From Patescibacteria group bacterium (GTDB lineage: Bacteria; Patescibacteriota; Minisyncoccia; Phycocordibacterales; Phycocordibacteraceae), in the NCBI GenBank assembly GCA_019744845.1, contig JAIETW010000001.1, positions 177,999 through 241,998 on the forward strand: DNA of 64,000 nt. The letters are read 5' to 3'. The notes beneath the pieces were generated by a model that did not search any database, was not told where the DNA came from, and worked only from the letters and a program-made list of their open reading frames with translations. Every line of letters begins with the position of its first letter. Within the stretch, counting starts at the first letter, position 1. Shown here in pieces: positions 50,061 through 59,401 of the stretch. The translations under genes and the position numbers were made by a program.

Positions 50061-51196
50061 GTACTACCCTTGAACCGATTGATATCGTAAAGCGCGCGCA
50101 CGCGATTGGTACCTACTATGGCTTCACACCGTTTAAGCATGTCGCCAAGCGCGGACTTAAAGCACCTGCGGGATACCCTGACTCACTTCAGCTTGACGCA
50201 CTAGATCCAGTTGCTCGTGAAGTTGCTGGCTTTCTGAAGCAGGTACGTGACTCAGGTGCCGCACCCGCACCGGGTCGTCCTCTCTTCCTCTGGCACACGA
50301 ATGCGGCGGCAGGACGCACCGCACCAAAGCAGATCATCATTCAGTTCCATGCCATTGGTGCAGATCGTGCGATTGCGGATGTTGTCCTTATTCGTGCCGT
50401 ACGCTCTCTCATTGCTGATCTTTCAAAAGAAGAAGGAGTACTTCGTATCAACTCTATGGGAGACAAGGAGACTCGTGGACGTCTTGCACGTGAACTTACC
50501 TCCTTCTTTCGGAAGAATGGCCCCACACTCCCTGCAGACTGTGTCGCCTGCGCAAAGAATGACGTGTTTAAGGCAGCAGAACTTCTTGAAGGAGAAGAGG
50601 AGCGCGGCAGCCTTCCCTCTCCTACTGATCACTTGTCTGAAGCGAGTCGCAAACACTTTGAATCGGTTCTTGAATATCTTGAATCAACCGAGACTCCCTA
50701 TGAGCTTGCACCGTCTATGCTCTCTCGCGGCAATGCATGGACTGAAACCTGCTTCTCTATTGAGACCCCTGATGGCCGTGTGAAGGCATGGGGCTCTCGC
50801 TACCATGATCTTGCAAAGCCGTTCTTTAAGGGCACGGGGCCTTCCGTTGGTGCCGTCGTGCGTATCAACACCGATGCACGTGCGGTGATCCCTCCTCATA
50901 AGGAGCGTGCGAACCCCCGCTTTGTCTTCGTGCACATTGGCGACGAAGCGAAGCGTGAATGTATGAAAATGGCTGACCATCTTCGTCGTGCCCGCATTCC
51001 TATGATGCAGTCCATTGGCGTAGAATCGCTCACGGAGCAGATGCGCCTTGCGGAAGACACCAACCCCCGCTACCTCATCATCATGGGCCGTAAGGAGGCA
51101 CTGGAGCGCTCCGTGATCCTCCGCGAGCGTTCTACCCACTCCGAAACCTCCATTTCCTTTGATTCTTTGGTGGACCAGCTCCGGGCAGTTGCCTAA
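50057..51196 (+). CDS. Histidyl-tRNA synthetase-like paralogue (HisZ-like) with degenerate motif 2 and a retained class IIa anticodon-binding-like domain
   Basis: GRTAPKQIIIQFHAIGADRA aligns with the HisRS motif-2 end (kGRyRqFhQfGvEviG), but the FRYERP portion is replaced by LWHTNAA. It has the HisRS-type LRINSMGD block (l.iNslG) and a C-terminal PRYLIIMGRKEALERSVILRER domain (anticodon-binding fold). The N-terminal ~50 aa, including motif 1, are absent. Confidence 0.5.
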   Translation: MSTTLEPIDIVKRAHAIGTYYGFTPFKHVAKRGLKAPAGYPDSLQLDALDPVAREVAGFLKQVRDSGAAPAPGRPLFLWHTNAAAGRTAPKQIIIQFHAIGADRAIADVVLIRAVRSLIADLSKEEGVLRINSMGDKETRGRLARELTSFFRKNGPTLPADCVACAKNDVFKAAELLEGEEERGSLPSPTDHLSEASRKHFESVLEYLESTETPYELAPSMLSRGNAWTETCFSIETPDGRVKAWGSRYHDLAKPFFKGTGPSVGAVVRINTDARAVIPPHKERANPRFVFVHIGDEAKRECMKMADHLRRARIPMMQSIGVESLTEQMRLAEDTNPRYLIIMGRKEALERSVILRERSTHSETSISFDSLVDQLRAVA

Positions 51197-51227
51197 GTAG
51201 AGGCCTACGTGCTAGTATCCTCGGACT

Positions 51228-51488
51228 ATGGTTAACGCAGTACGTGTAGAAGTGAAGCGCGGAAAGAATGAGAGCTCAGCCTCTCTTATTCGCCGTTTCT
51301 CTCGCCGGGCCCAGGGCCTTGGCCTTGTGCGTGCCCTTCGTAAGCGCCGCTACTATGCTCGCCAGAAGTCCAAGAACGTAGATCATGCGCGTGCCCTCGT
51401 GAAGAGCGCCCGCCGCGTGCAGTACAACGAGGATGTGAAGCAGGGCAAGATTGATCCGGCAGCCCAGTCTCGCGGTCGCAGGAAGTAA
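51228..51488 (+). CDS. rpsU: 30S ribosomal protein S21
   Basis: VEVKRGKNES..LIRRFSRRAQ..LRKRRYYARQKSKN pattern, typical of S21. Confidence 0.7.
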   Translation: MVNAVRVEVKRGKNESSASLIRRFSRRAQGLGLVRALRKRRYYARQKSKNVDHARALVKSARRVQYNEDVKQGKIDPAAQSRGRRK

Positions 51489-51496
51489 CTAGTCCG

Positions 51497-51937
51497 ATGA
51501 AGGGCCTCTCTACACGAAATCTCACCCGGCGCTCTGTGCCGGGTGTTCCTTTTACGAAGATCGCCAAAGCGGTGCTTCCTACCTGGGAGCTCTCGCTCGT
51601 CTTTGTGACTCCTGAAGAAGCGAAGCGTCTTAATAAGACACTCAGAAAGAAAACCTACACACCGAATGTTCTTTCATATGAGTCCGCCCCGAAGAGTGGT
51701 GAGGTGATTATTTGTCTTTCGGTTGCGAAAGAACAAGCACCTGAATACGGCCTTCCCTATGCCGCATTTGTCGGATTATTGTTTATCCACGCATTACTGC
51801 ATTTGAAAGGAGAGCGACACGGCACTACAATGGAGAAACGAGAGCGGGCACTCCTTGCCCGGTTCGTATCTATTCCCACATGGCCCGACGAATCTCAACA
51901 GGCATTGACATCGGCACGTACCAAACGAAGGTCGTGA
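51497..51937 (+). CDS. ybeY: rRNA maturation endoribonuclease YbeY
   Basis: HALLHLKGERH metal-binding motif (H..H.....H). Confidence 0.7.
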   Translation: MKGLSTRNLTRRSVPGVPFTKIAKAVLPTWELSLVFVTPEEAKRLNKTLRKKTYTPNVLSYESAPKSGEVIICLSVAKEQAPEYGLPYAAFVGLLFIHALLHLKGERHGTTMEKRERALLARFVSIPTWPDESQQALTSARTKRRS

Positions 51938-53052
51938 TGGTAGAGGAGGTGCAGGGTACTGACGGCCCTGGACTTCGCGTCATTGGTACTGGGGTCTCTG
52001 ATACCGCCGGCATGCGCCAGGGCTACGTCGTTGATGTAGACGATGTCGCGGAGAGCGTACGCAAAGCAAAGCGTCAGGCTGAGCAGATGGCCCGTGTGAA
52101 CATACGTTCCGGCTTCCTCGCGATTGGTGGCATCTCTCTTGATGAGACCCGTGCAAGCGGCACCGCTATTATTTCTCGCGCCGACGCAGAGGTGACTGAG
52201 CTTGATATAGAGAAGGCACAGGATTCTGCACGTCAGGCTGCCTCCCCTGCATTTTTGAATCGTCGCATCCTTCACGAGATTCCTCTTGGCTACAGCGTAG
52301 ACGGCGTGAAGTCTCTTGGTGAGCCAGTCGGAATGAAAGGTACACGTCTTGAAGCAGAGTTTCTTTTTGTGACTTGTCTTGAAAGTCATGTAGATGCACT
52401 TACGAATGCGGTAGAGAACGCAGACATTGAAGTCGTGGATTGCATGGCCTCTCCTCTTGCCGGCTCCTATGTCACGCTTGCCAAGGATCAGAAGATGAAA
52501 GGCTGCGTGCTTGCGAACATTGGAGCCGAGACTACCTCTATTGTGGTCTATGACGAGGGCGTCCCAGTGTCAGTGAAAGTGTTCCCTGTGGGTTCAAGCA
52601 ATATTACGGATGAACTTGCGCTTGCCTTCCGTGTGTCTCTTGAAGATGCAGAGCGTATTAAGCTCGGACGCCTCTCCGGTGCTATGTATCCAAAGAAGAA
52701 AGTGGATGACATTGCACTCTCAAAGAGCAAGATGATGTTTGATTACATTGATAAGCATTTGAAGGCCATCGGGAAACGCGGTGCACTTCCTGCCGGCGTT
52801 ATTTTGTCAGGCGGAGGCGCGGGACAAAGTTCTATGGTTGATATTGCAAAGGCGCAGCTTGCACTGCCCGCGCGCGTCGCCGACATTCGTGTCGCTGCCG
52901 ATGCAAAGATGAAAGATGCCACCTGGGCCATTGCGTACGGACTCTCCCTCTGGGGCCTCACCGGCGAGACTCGTGTTGGTTCTTCTCAGAAAGCATCTTT
53001 CAAGGAGATGAAGGGCTCACTCTCCCGCTTTTTCCGTCAGTTTCTTCCATAA
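51880..53052 (+). CDS. ftsA: Cell division protein FtsA
   Basis: Actin-fold phosphate-1 motif GIDIGTYQTKVV at the N-terminus. Overlaps the ybeY 3' end by 58 nt in another frame. Confidence 0.85.
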   Translation: MARRISTGIDIGTYQTKVVMVEEVQGTDGPGLRVIGTGVSDTAGMRQGYVVDVDDVAESVRKAKRQAEQMARVNIRSGFLAIGGISLDETRASGTAIISRADAEVTELDIEKAQDSARQAASPAFLNRRILHEIPLGYSVDGVKSLGEPVGMKGTRLEAEFLFVTCLESHVDALTNAVENADIEVVDCMASPLAGSYVTLAKDQKMKGCVLANIGAETTSIVVYDEGVPVSVKVFPVGSSNITDELALAFRVSLEDAERIKLGRLSGAMYPKKKVDDIALSKSKMMFDYIDKHLKAIGKRGALPAGVILSGGGAGQSSMVDIAKAQLALPARVADIRVAADAKMKDATWAIAYGLSLWGLTGETRVGSSQKASFKEMKGSLSRFFRQFLP

Positions 53053-53095
53053 TATTACGGAACAGTATTGACAAAGGGTCAACCTTTGCAAACCG

Positions 53096-53130
53096 TTCTA
53101 CCCTGTTATGATGATGCCTAGTTTACGGGG
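53096..53130 (+). promoter_or_regulatory. Putative sigma70-like promoter for ftsZ
   Basis: TTGCAA, a 16-nt spacer, then TATGAT, about 30 nt upstream of the ftsZ start. Confidence 0.25.
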
Positions 53131-53160
53131 GTAAGCTGTTAGTAGTTACAAATATTCATT

Positions 53161-54387
53161 ATGTCTAAGCGCGTTGTGCCGGAAATTGAGACCTTCGCCC
53201 GCATTCGGGTCGTCGGTGTCGGCGGTTCAGGATTGAACGCCGTGAATCACATGATCAACTCCAAGGTGAAGGGGGTTGAGTTTATTGCCATTAACACGGA
53301 TGCTCAGGACCTTCACCGCTCTCTTGCCAAGCGCAAGATCCACATCGGCAAGAACCTCACTCGTGGTCTTGGTGCGGGAATGAACCCAGACCTGGGTCGC
53401 CGTGCCGCAGAAGAGACTCGTCAGGAAATCCAGGAAGCACTTCAGGGTTCTGATATGGTCTTCATCACCTGTGGTATGGGTGGTGGAACGGGAACGGGTG
53501 CCTCAGCGGTGATCGCGAAGATTGCAAAAGAGATGGGCTCACTCACGGTCGCCGTCGTCACTCGTCCATTCTCTTTTGAAGGTGCACAGCGCAAAGACAT
53601 TGCGGACCGCGGTCTCTCTGAACTCAAGAAGGAAGTAGACGCCTTCATCATCATCCCCAACGACAAACTCCTTGCGATTGTGGAGCCAAACACCACTGCC
53701 AAGAGCGCCTTTGCGCTTTGTGACGAGATCCTTCGTCAGGCAGTAGAAGGTGTCTCTGACATCATCACCACCCCCGGTGAAATCAACACTGACTTCAACG
53801 ACATTAAGGCGATCATGGAAGGCGCCGGCCCTGCCCTTATGGGTATCGGTATTGCCGATGGTGACAAGCGTGCAGAGACGGCAGCAATGCAGGCAGTTAA
53901 CTCTCCCCTTCTTGATGTCTCTATTGCAGGCGCAAAGGGTGTGCTCTTTGTTGTCGCAGGAAACGAAGACCTGGGTATTCTTGAAGTGCAGGAGGCTGCC
54001 AAGGTGGTCTCTGAATCCGTTGATAAGAGCGCGAAAGTTATCTTCGGTATCATGCGCGACGAGAAGCTTAAGAAGGGTCAGATCCGCATCATCGTCATCG
54101 CAACCGGTTTCCCTGAAGGCGCTGGGGAGTCAGGCGGCATGGGCATGGCAGAGCGCTCTCTCTTCTCGTTGACTCCAAAGGAGCAGACCGATACTCGTGG
54201 AAAGATCTACAATGACGTCGTGAAGCGCGAGGAGGAGGTAGTAGAAGAAGCTCCAAAGAAGAAAGAGGAGCCAATTGTGACTGCGACTCCACAGAAGCGC
54301 GAGGAGACACGCCCGGTTACTCCCGTCGTAGAAGAGGACGATGGCTTCGGTGTCATTCCTTCTTTCCTTCGTCGGAATAAGAAATAA
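53161..54387 (+). CDS. ftsZ: Cell division GTPase FtsZ
   Basis: GVGGSGLNAVN, tubulin signature GGGTGTG, and a T7 loop. Confidence 0.9.
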   Translation: MSKRVVPEIETFARIRVVGVGGSGLNAVNHMINSKVKGVEFIAINTDAQDLHRSLAKRKIHIGKNLTRGLGAGMNPDLGRRAAEETRQEIQEALQGSDMVFITCGMGGGTGTGASAVIAKIAKEMGSLTVAVVTRPFSFEGAQRKDIADRGLSELKKEVDAFIIIPNDKLLAIVEPNTTAKSAFALCDEILRQAVEGVSDIITTPGEINTDFNDIKAIMEGAGPALMGIGIADGDKRAETAAMQAVNSPLLDVSIAGAKGVLFVVAGNEDLGILEVQEAAKVVSESVDKSAKVIFGIMRDEKLKKGQIRIIVIATGFPEGAGESGGMGMAERSLFSLTPKEQTDTRGKIYNDVVKREEEVVEEAPKKKEEPIVTATPQKREETRPVTPVVEEDDGFGVIPSFLRRNKK

Positions 54388-54403
54388 CGAGTGACTATGA
54401 ACA

Positions 54404-54428
54404 CCCCGCTCACCGCGGGGTTTTCTGT
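54404..54428 (+). terminator. Rho-independent terminator after ftsZ
   Basis: CCCCGC-tcacc-GCGGGG followed by TTTTCTGTT. Confidence 0.5.
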
Positions 54429-54443
54429 TATAATCCCTCAACT

Positions 54444-55367
54444 ATGAAAGACCTCATCATCATTGGCGGTGGTCCTGCAGGAGTCGCTGCAGGAGTCTAC
54501 GCCGCTCGTAAGCAGCTCACCACGACCGTAATTGCCGCTGAGTTCGGTGGACAGTCCACCGTCTCTGAGGGTATTGAAAACTGGATCGGTACCATCCGTA
54601 TTCCGGGTGCTGAACTCGCCAAGTCCCTTAAGGAACATCTCTTTGCGTATAAGGGAGAATTTGTAGAGATCGTAGAAGGAGCGCATGTCACGAAGCTTGA
54701 GAAGAGCGGTGAGGGCTTCAAGGCAACGACTGATGAGGGAAAGAGTTACGAAGCACGTGCCGTGCTTGTTGCTTCTGGTGCAGGGCGGAGAAAGCTTGAT
54801 ATTCCTGGTGCGGCGCAGTTTGAGAACAAAGGAGTGGTGTACTGTGCCTCGTGTGATGGCCCCCTCTTCTCTGATCAGGATGTGCTTGTGGTTGGTGGAG
54901 GAAACGCAGGGGTTGAGACTGCAGCACAGCTTCTTGCATACGCAAAGTCCGTGACGCTCGTGCATCGTAGCAAGGACTTCGGTGCTGATGCGATTACGGT
55001 CAACAAGGTGCTCGCGCACCCGAACATGACAGGCATCCCAAATACCCAGCCAGTAGAAGTACTTGGAGAGAAGTTTGTGTCAGGGGTGGTGGTTGAACAT
55101 GTAGAGACGAAAGAGCGCACGACCCTTCCAGTCACCGGTGTATTCGTAGAGATCGGTGTGATTCCAAACACGGACTTTGCAAAGGAGTTCCTCCCTATGG
55201 ATAAGTTTGGTCGTATTGTTGCTGACCCTCGTAATCAACAGACGTCGGTGGAAGGAGTATGGGCGGCAGGAGATTGTACCGACGAGCTCTACCATCAGAA
55301 CAACATTGCGGCAGGTGATGCAGTAAAAGCACTGGAAGACATCTACATGTGGCTTAAGACTCGCTAA
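54444..55367 (+). CDS. trxB: Thioredoxin-disulfide reductase (FAD/NAD(P)-dependent)
   Basis: FAD motif IIGGGPAGVAAGVYAAR, redox-active CASCDG, and an NADPH GGG motif. Confidence 0.8.
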   Translation: MKDLIIIGGGPAGVAAGVYAARKQLTTTVIAAEFGGQSTVSEGIENWIGTIRIPGAELAKSLKEHLFAYKGEFVEIVEGAHVTKLEKSGEGFKATTDEGKSYEARAVLVASGAGRRKLDIPGAAQFENKGVVYCASCDGPLFSDQDVLVVGGGNAGVETAAQLLAYAKSVTLVHRSKDFGADAITVNKVLAHPNMTGIPNTQPVEVLGEKFVSGVVVEHVETKERTTLPVTGVFVEIGVIPNTDFAKEFLPMDKFGRIVADPRNQQTSVEGVWAAGDCTDELYHQNNIAAGDAVKALEDIYMWLKTR

Positions 55368-55370
55368 TTA

Positions 55371-55400
55371 AAAAACCGCTCGTGATGAGCGGTTTTTTAA
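55371..55400. terminator. Bidirectional rho-independent terminator after trxB
   Basis: AAAAAA-AACCGCTC-gtgat-GAGCGGTT-TTTTTAATT. Confidence 0.55.
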
Positions 55401-55786
55401 TTAGCTTACACTACTGGCTCCTCGGCAGCGGGAGTTTCGGTCTCCTCTACCGTCTCCTCCATAGGAGCATCCTGCTTCACGTCGTCCCCTGCTGGGGCCA
55501 TCATGTTGTCATCCATAGTATGTTGTGGGCGGCTTTACTGAGTAACAATAAAGCCACCTGTTTAGTGGCTGGCAATGGGTTTCGACCGGTACCGTAAGTA
55601 TACCAAAAAAGGCAGCGCTCACACACCTTTTTAAGGATATCCACTTCATTTTTTCTTAGGCACTTTCAGAAGGTGTACACTATGAGTGTTGATCCTAACC
55701 TGTATAAACCTATGATCGGTGGAGGACACTAGTTTTCTCTGAAGAGGCCTCGCAAGGGGCCTTTTCTCTTTGTATACTCTTCCGAC

Positions 55787-56971
55787 ATGCCCTCCTTCTC
55801 CATGAAGCCTTGTGCCGCCTGTGGTGGTGCCACTGTAAGCCATGCGGCGATCTGGGTCTCTAACTCAGGTGACATGGTTGCGCTCGGATTTGCCGGGCTC
55901 CGTACTACGTGGATTGTGCGGACTCTGTCAGGAATTGGAGAATGGGCATTGTCGCTTCTTGGTCATCTCGCCTTTCATATCGCACGCATCGTGGGTGCCG
56001 TATCACTGAGCGATGACTTTTCAAAAGTACGGAGTGATCGCGCCCGCGTTATGTGGGAAGATGCGCTCCGTCGTGGAATCCCCATGGAACAACTCTTTCT
56101 ATTTGGAGCCCCTGCAGATACGTACCGTATTCGTATACACGGAAAGACCTATTTCGTTGACAGCATTCCTACCCCACCGAAGAAACAAAAAGAAGCACTC
56201 CACATAGACGATAAGATTTCGTTTAAGGCGATATTGAGGAAGGCAGGTATCGCCACTCCACGTAGCATCGGCACTACCTCTCTCAGCACCGCGAAGAAGA
56301 CTCTGAAGGAGTTTGGGACTGTGTGTGTAAAGCCACGATATGGCTCTAACGGATATCACACGTATCCTTTTGTGAAGACCGAGAAAGAGCTTGAAGATGC
56401 GTTCAAAAGCGCAAAGGAGCTCTGCTACATGGTGAGTGTGGAGGAGCATCTGGAAGGAAATGTATGTCGCGCTACCTGTATTGATGGGAAACTTGTAGGA
56501 TTTCTAGAATCACAGTACCCAACTGTCGTCGGCGATGGGGTGCATACCGTTGCAGAACTCATACAGAAGAATAACGAGGCTCGTCGTGACGGCGTGGCGG
56601 AAATTGTGGTGAACTATATGCACGAAGGCTATATCGGTCGTCGTGGCTATACACTTGAGAGCGTGCTCCCTGAAGGAGTATCTCTTCCTCTCACCTATCG
56701 TGCAGGGAGCAGCTCAGGCGGGAGTAACCGAGAATACGGCCGGAATATTCATCCGTCATTCATTCCGATCATTGAGCACGCAGCCGCACTTACCGAACTT
56801 CCTATCGTTGGGTTTGATTTGATCATCAAAGATCCACTCGCCTCCGCAGATTCACAAGCCTGGGGCTTTATTGAAGCCAACTCACTTCCCTGGATTAATC
56901 TCCATCACACACCATTTGAAGGTGAGCCAGTCAATGTCGCCACACACGTCTGGGATCTCTGGAAGGATTAA
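55787..56971 (+). CDS. ATP-grasp-fold ligase (cyanophycin-synthetase/RimK/Ddl-like). The N-terminal start is uncertain; it is possibly the internal Met near 56058.
   Basis: VCVKPRYGSNGYHTYPFVKTEKELE, followed by a Gly-rich SSSGGS loop and IVGFDLIIKD, typical of the ATP-grasp central and C-terminal domains. Confidence 0.5.
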   Translation: MPSFSMKPCAACGGATVSHAAIWVSNSGDMVALGFAGLRTTWIVRTLSGIGEWALSLLGHLAFHIARIVGAVSLSDDFSKVRSDRARVMWEDALRRGIPMEQLFLFGAPADTYRIRIHGKTYFVDSIPTPPKKQKEALHIDDKISFKAILRKAGIATPRSIGTTSLSTAKKTLKEFGTVCVKPRYGSNGYHTYPFVKTEKELEDAFKSAKELCYMVSVEEHLEGNVCRATCIDGKLVGFLESQYPTVVGDGVHTVAELIQKNNEARRDGVAEIVVNYMHEGYIGRRGYTLESVLPEGVSLPLTYRAGSSSGGSNREYGRNIHPSFIPIIEHAAALTELPIVGFDLIIKDPLASADSQAWGFIEANSLPWINLHHTPFEGEPVNVATHVWDLWKD

Positions 56972-57831
56972 CCGAAGAAGTACGAGAGCACGACTACTCC
57001 CACTGATACCAGTGTAATTCCTACGACTTGGTGTCGCTTCACCTTTTCGCGGTTTATGAAAATACCAAGCAACACTGCAAGCGCGACGTAGCCACCACTG
57101 ATCGTGGTGGCGACTGAAATAGGTACCATCGTTGCCGCAGTCGCAAATGCAATCCATGCTGCGTTATCGGCAATACTGTGTGCACCAATGGTGAATGGAT
57201 GCTTCTTTAGATCCTTGAGAATGGTCTTAGATTTACCGGTAAATATCACGACGCCTCCGGACACAATCGCGAGTGCGCCATGAGAAAACCACACGGCAGT
57301 CAAAGGAGACACCTCCTGACTTGAGACACCGACCAATACTGAGGTAAGTGCGGTACCAATGGCGGCAAGAAATGCGAGCAATACGCCTTTTTCAAGAAGA
57401 CGCAACGACGCATGATGGAAGCTTCGCATTACCACCAGGAGTGTCCCTATGAACACCAGAAGCATGAAAAAGAACTGGAGTGGGGAAAGGCTCTCTCCAA
57501 TGAACACGACACTAATCGCCACTGCCATGGGGAGCTCGAGGCCCACCACTGGCTCCACAACCGCTATTTTGCCCTGTCGGAGAGCTTCAAAGTCAAAGGC
57601 AGCACCGAGCATCACGATCAATGACAGGAGCGAGAGAAGAAGAATGTCTCCCACGGAGAGATGCGGGAGTTCTGGAACTACAAATGGAGAGAGGGCGATA
57701 AAGCCCACAATACCTATAAAGAAGAGTGCCTTTGCACTCCCCACCAAGCGAGTAGTGCGCTGAATAAGGAAGTCACCAATACCCCAAGCGATAAGCGCAA
57801 ACAAGGAAAGAGCGACCCCAAGGGCAATCAT
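56968..57831 (-). CDS. EamA/DMT-family transporter
   Basis: 10 transmembrane helices in two five-helix EamA repeats, with a WGIGDF-type motif. Confidence 0.7.
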   Translation of the reverse strand: MIALGVALSLFALIAWGIGDFLIQRTTRLVGSAKALFFIGIVGFIALSPFVVPELPHLSVGDILLLSLLSLIVMLGAAFDFEALRQGKIAVVEPVVGLELPMAVAISVVFIGESLSPLQFFFMLLVFIGTLLVVMRSFHHASLRLLEKGVLLAFLAAIGTALTSVLVGVSSQEVSPLTAVWFSHGALAIVSGGVVIFTGKSKTILKDLKKHPFTIGAHSIADNAAWIAFATAATMVPISVATTISGGYVALAVLLGIFINREKVKRHQVVGITLVSVGVVVLSYFFG

Positions 57832-59318
57832 GGTTTCGCGTAGCGCTCCAGGAATTGGTTCAAAAGATATGTGGTGTCTGATTCTGAATTATTGGATCCA
57901 AGAACAATAAATGCGAGCGGGCGTATTTCTCCTTCTACAGGCACTTCAAATACCGAAAGATCGGTTTCCTTCGCGGCAATGGTCTGCCCCACCTTTCCAC
58001 CGAAGAAGTACTTATGCGAGGTGAGGTGGTTAAGGTTGCGGAGATCAGTGAAGACACTTGCCCCATATGCGCTCCCCTTCAAGTTTCCTGAAGTGATGTT
58101 GAACACGAAGCTTCTATTGTTATAGACGTACTTCGCAAGCATAAAGAGGTCCTCTGCAGTAGAGACGTTTCCTGCATCGGCACCTGAGGGATCCACAAAC
58201 ACTGAGTCGGTCATGCCGATCGCCTTCGCCTTGTCGTTCATCCGCTGTATGAACAATGAGCGACCATAGTGTCGTGCGATCGTCTCTGCTGCTTCGTTTG
58301 AGGACTCGGTAAGGAGTGGAAAGAGCAGTTGGTAGATGCTAATCTCATCGCCTACCTTGAAGCGAGGAATAGACGTGTAGACGAGCGCCTCCTTTGGAAC
58401 CACCGCAACCGAATCAAGATTGAGATACTCCGTGGCGACAAGCGCAGTCATGAGCTTCGTAATAGAGGCAATGGGCACCACATTCCCTGCTTCCTCAGAA
58501 TAAAAGACTTGATTGTTCTTGAGGTCTGCGGTGAGGTAGCTTCCTGCAGAGAGCGGCGCAGAGAGACTAGAGTATGAGAAATTATCCGATGAGAAGTCTT
58601 CTTCAAACACCAAGACTGGCGTCCCGACATCTGCGAGATTGAACACCTTTTCTGCATCCTCCGTAGAAAGACGAATACAGCCTCCAGAGTATGTGCTTGC
58701 CACTGCTTCCCCTCCTGGATAATACGGCCAGCCATGAATAAAGAAATTTCCTTGGAAGGCCATGCTCCATGGCTGGTACACCTTTCCGAAGCTAGAGAAA
58801 TGCGACTCTGCTTTCGTCGTAATGGAGTAGAGTCCTGCGGGCGTCTCCCACCATGACCCTTCACGCCCCTTGGTCATAATAGGCACAGAAAGAGCGAGCT
58901 CTCCTGCCTTATAGACGTTCAGCGTCATTGCTGAAAGGTCCGCTTCAATGAGATCAGATTTCTTGTCTATAAAATCTTGCTTCACCGTTGCAAAGAACTC
59001 AGGATTTGAGAGTGCAGGCTCTTCACCGTGTGACAGTGGTGCGTGCGTCCAATCCGAAGGGATTGGGAGCTGCGCGCCTTGCTGTTGCATCGCGACCGTC
59101 ACCAAAAAGGTTCCCGCGGTCAAAATCACCACCCCAAGCACCGCCGCAACCATAGACGCGGGAGATAGGGGGGACCGAGCTGTGTAGGGACTCTGTTTCA
59201 ACGCAGCCGTAATGTCGGCCTGTTTCCATCCTGCCGCTTTCAGTTCTTTTTGAACTTCACGCTTACTCGCGCCGCCTATATAGCGGTCCTCAATGTACTG
59301 CGGAAGGTTGTCACTCAT
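57828..59318 (-). CDS. Bifunctional L,D-transpeptidase (YkuD) plus serine-type D-Ala-D-Ala carboxypeptidase (PBP5/S11-like) fusion, membrane-anchored
   Basis: N-terminal transmembrane helix. YkuD motif HGWPYYPGGEAVASTYSGGCIRL (HG...SxGC(I)R). C-terminal serine-peptidase motifs SITK (SxxK), SSNE (SxN) and KVGQT (KTG-like). Confidence 0.6.
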   Translation of the reverse strand: MSDNLPQYIEDRYIGGASKREVQKELKAAGWKQADITAALKQSPYTARSPLSPASMVAAVLGVVILTAGTFLVTVAMQQQGAQLPIPSDWTHAPLSHGEEPALSNPEFFATVKQDFIDKKSDLIEADLSAMTLNVYKAGELALSVPIMTKGREGSWWETPAGLYSITTKAESHFSSFGKVYQPWSMAFQGNFFIHGWPYYPGGEAVASTYSGGCIRLSTEDAEKVFNLADVGTPVLVFEEDFSSDNFSYSSLSAPLSAGSYLTADLKNNQVFYSEEAGNVVPIASITKLMTALVATEYLNLDSVAVVPKEALVYTSIPRFKVGDEISIYQLLFPLLTESSNEAAETIARHYGRSLFIQRMNDKAKAIGMTDSVFVDPSGADAGNVSTAEDLFMLAKYVYNNRSFVFNITSGNLKGSAYGASVFTDLRNLNHLTSHKYFFGGKVGQTIAAKETDLSVFEVPVEGEIRPLAFIVLGSNNSESDTTYLLNQFLERYAKP

Positions 59319-59401
59319 GCGGTTAATCTTACTACGCTATTGCGTAAATCGCCTCTGGAAAACTTCATAGGTGGCGTCCTCTGGACGCTATACTTCTGTA
59401 T

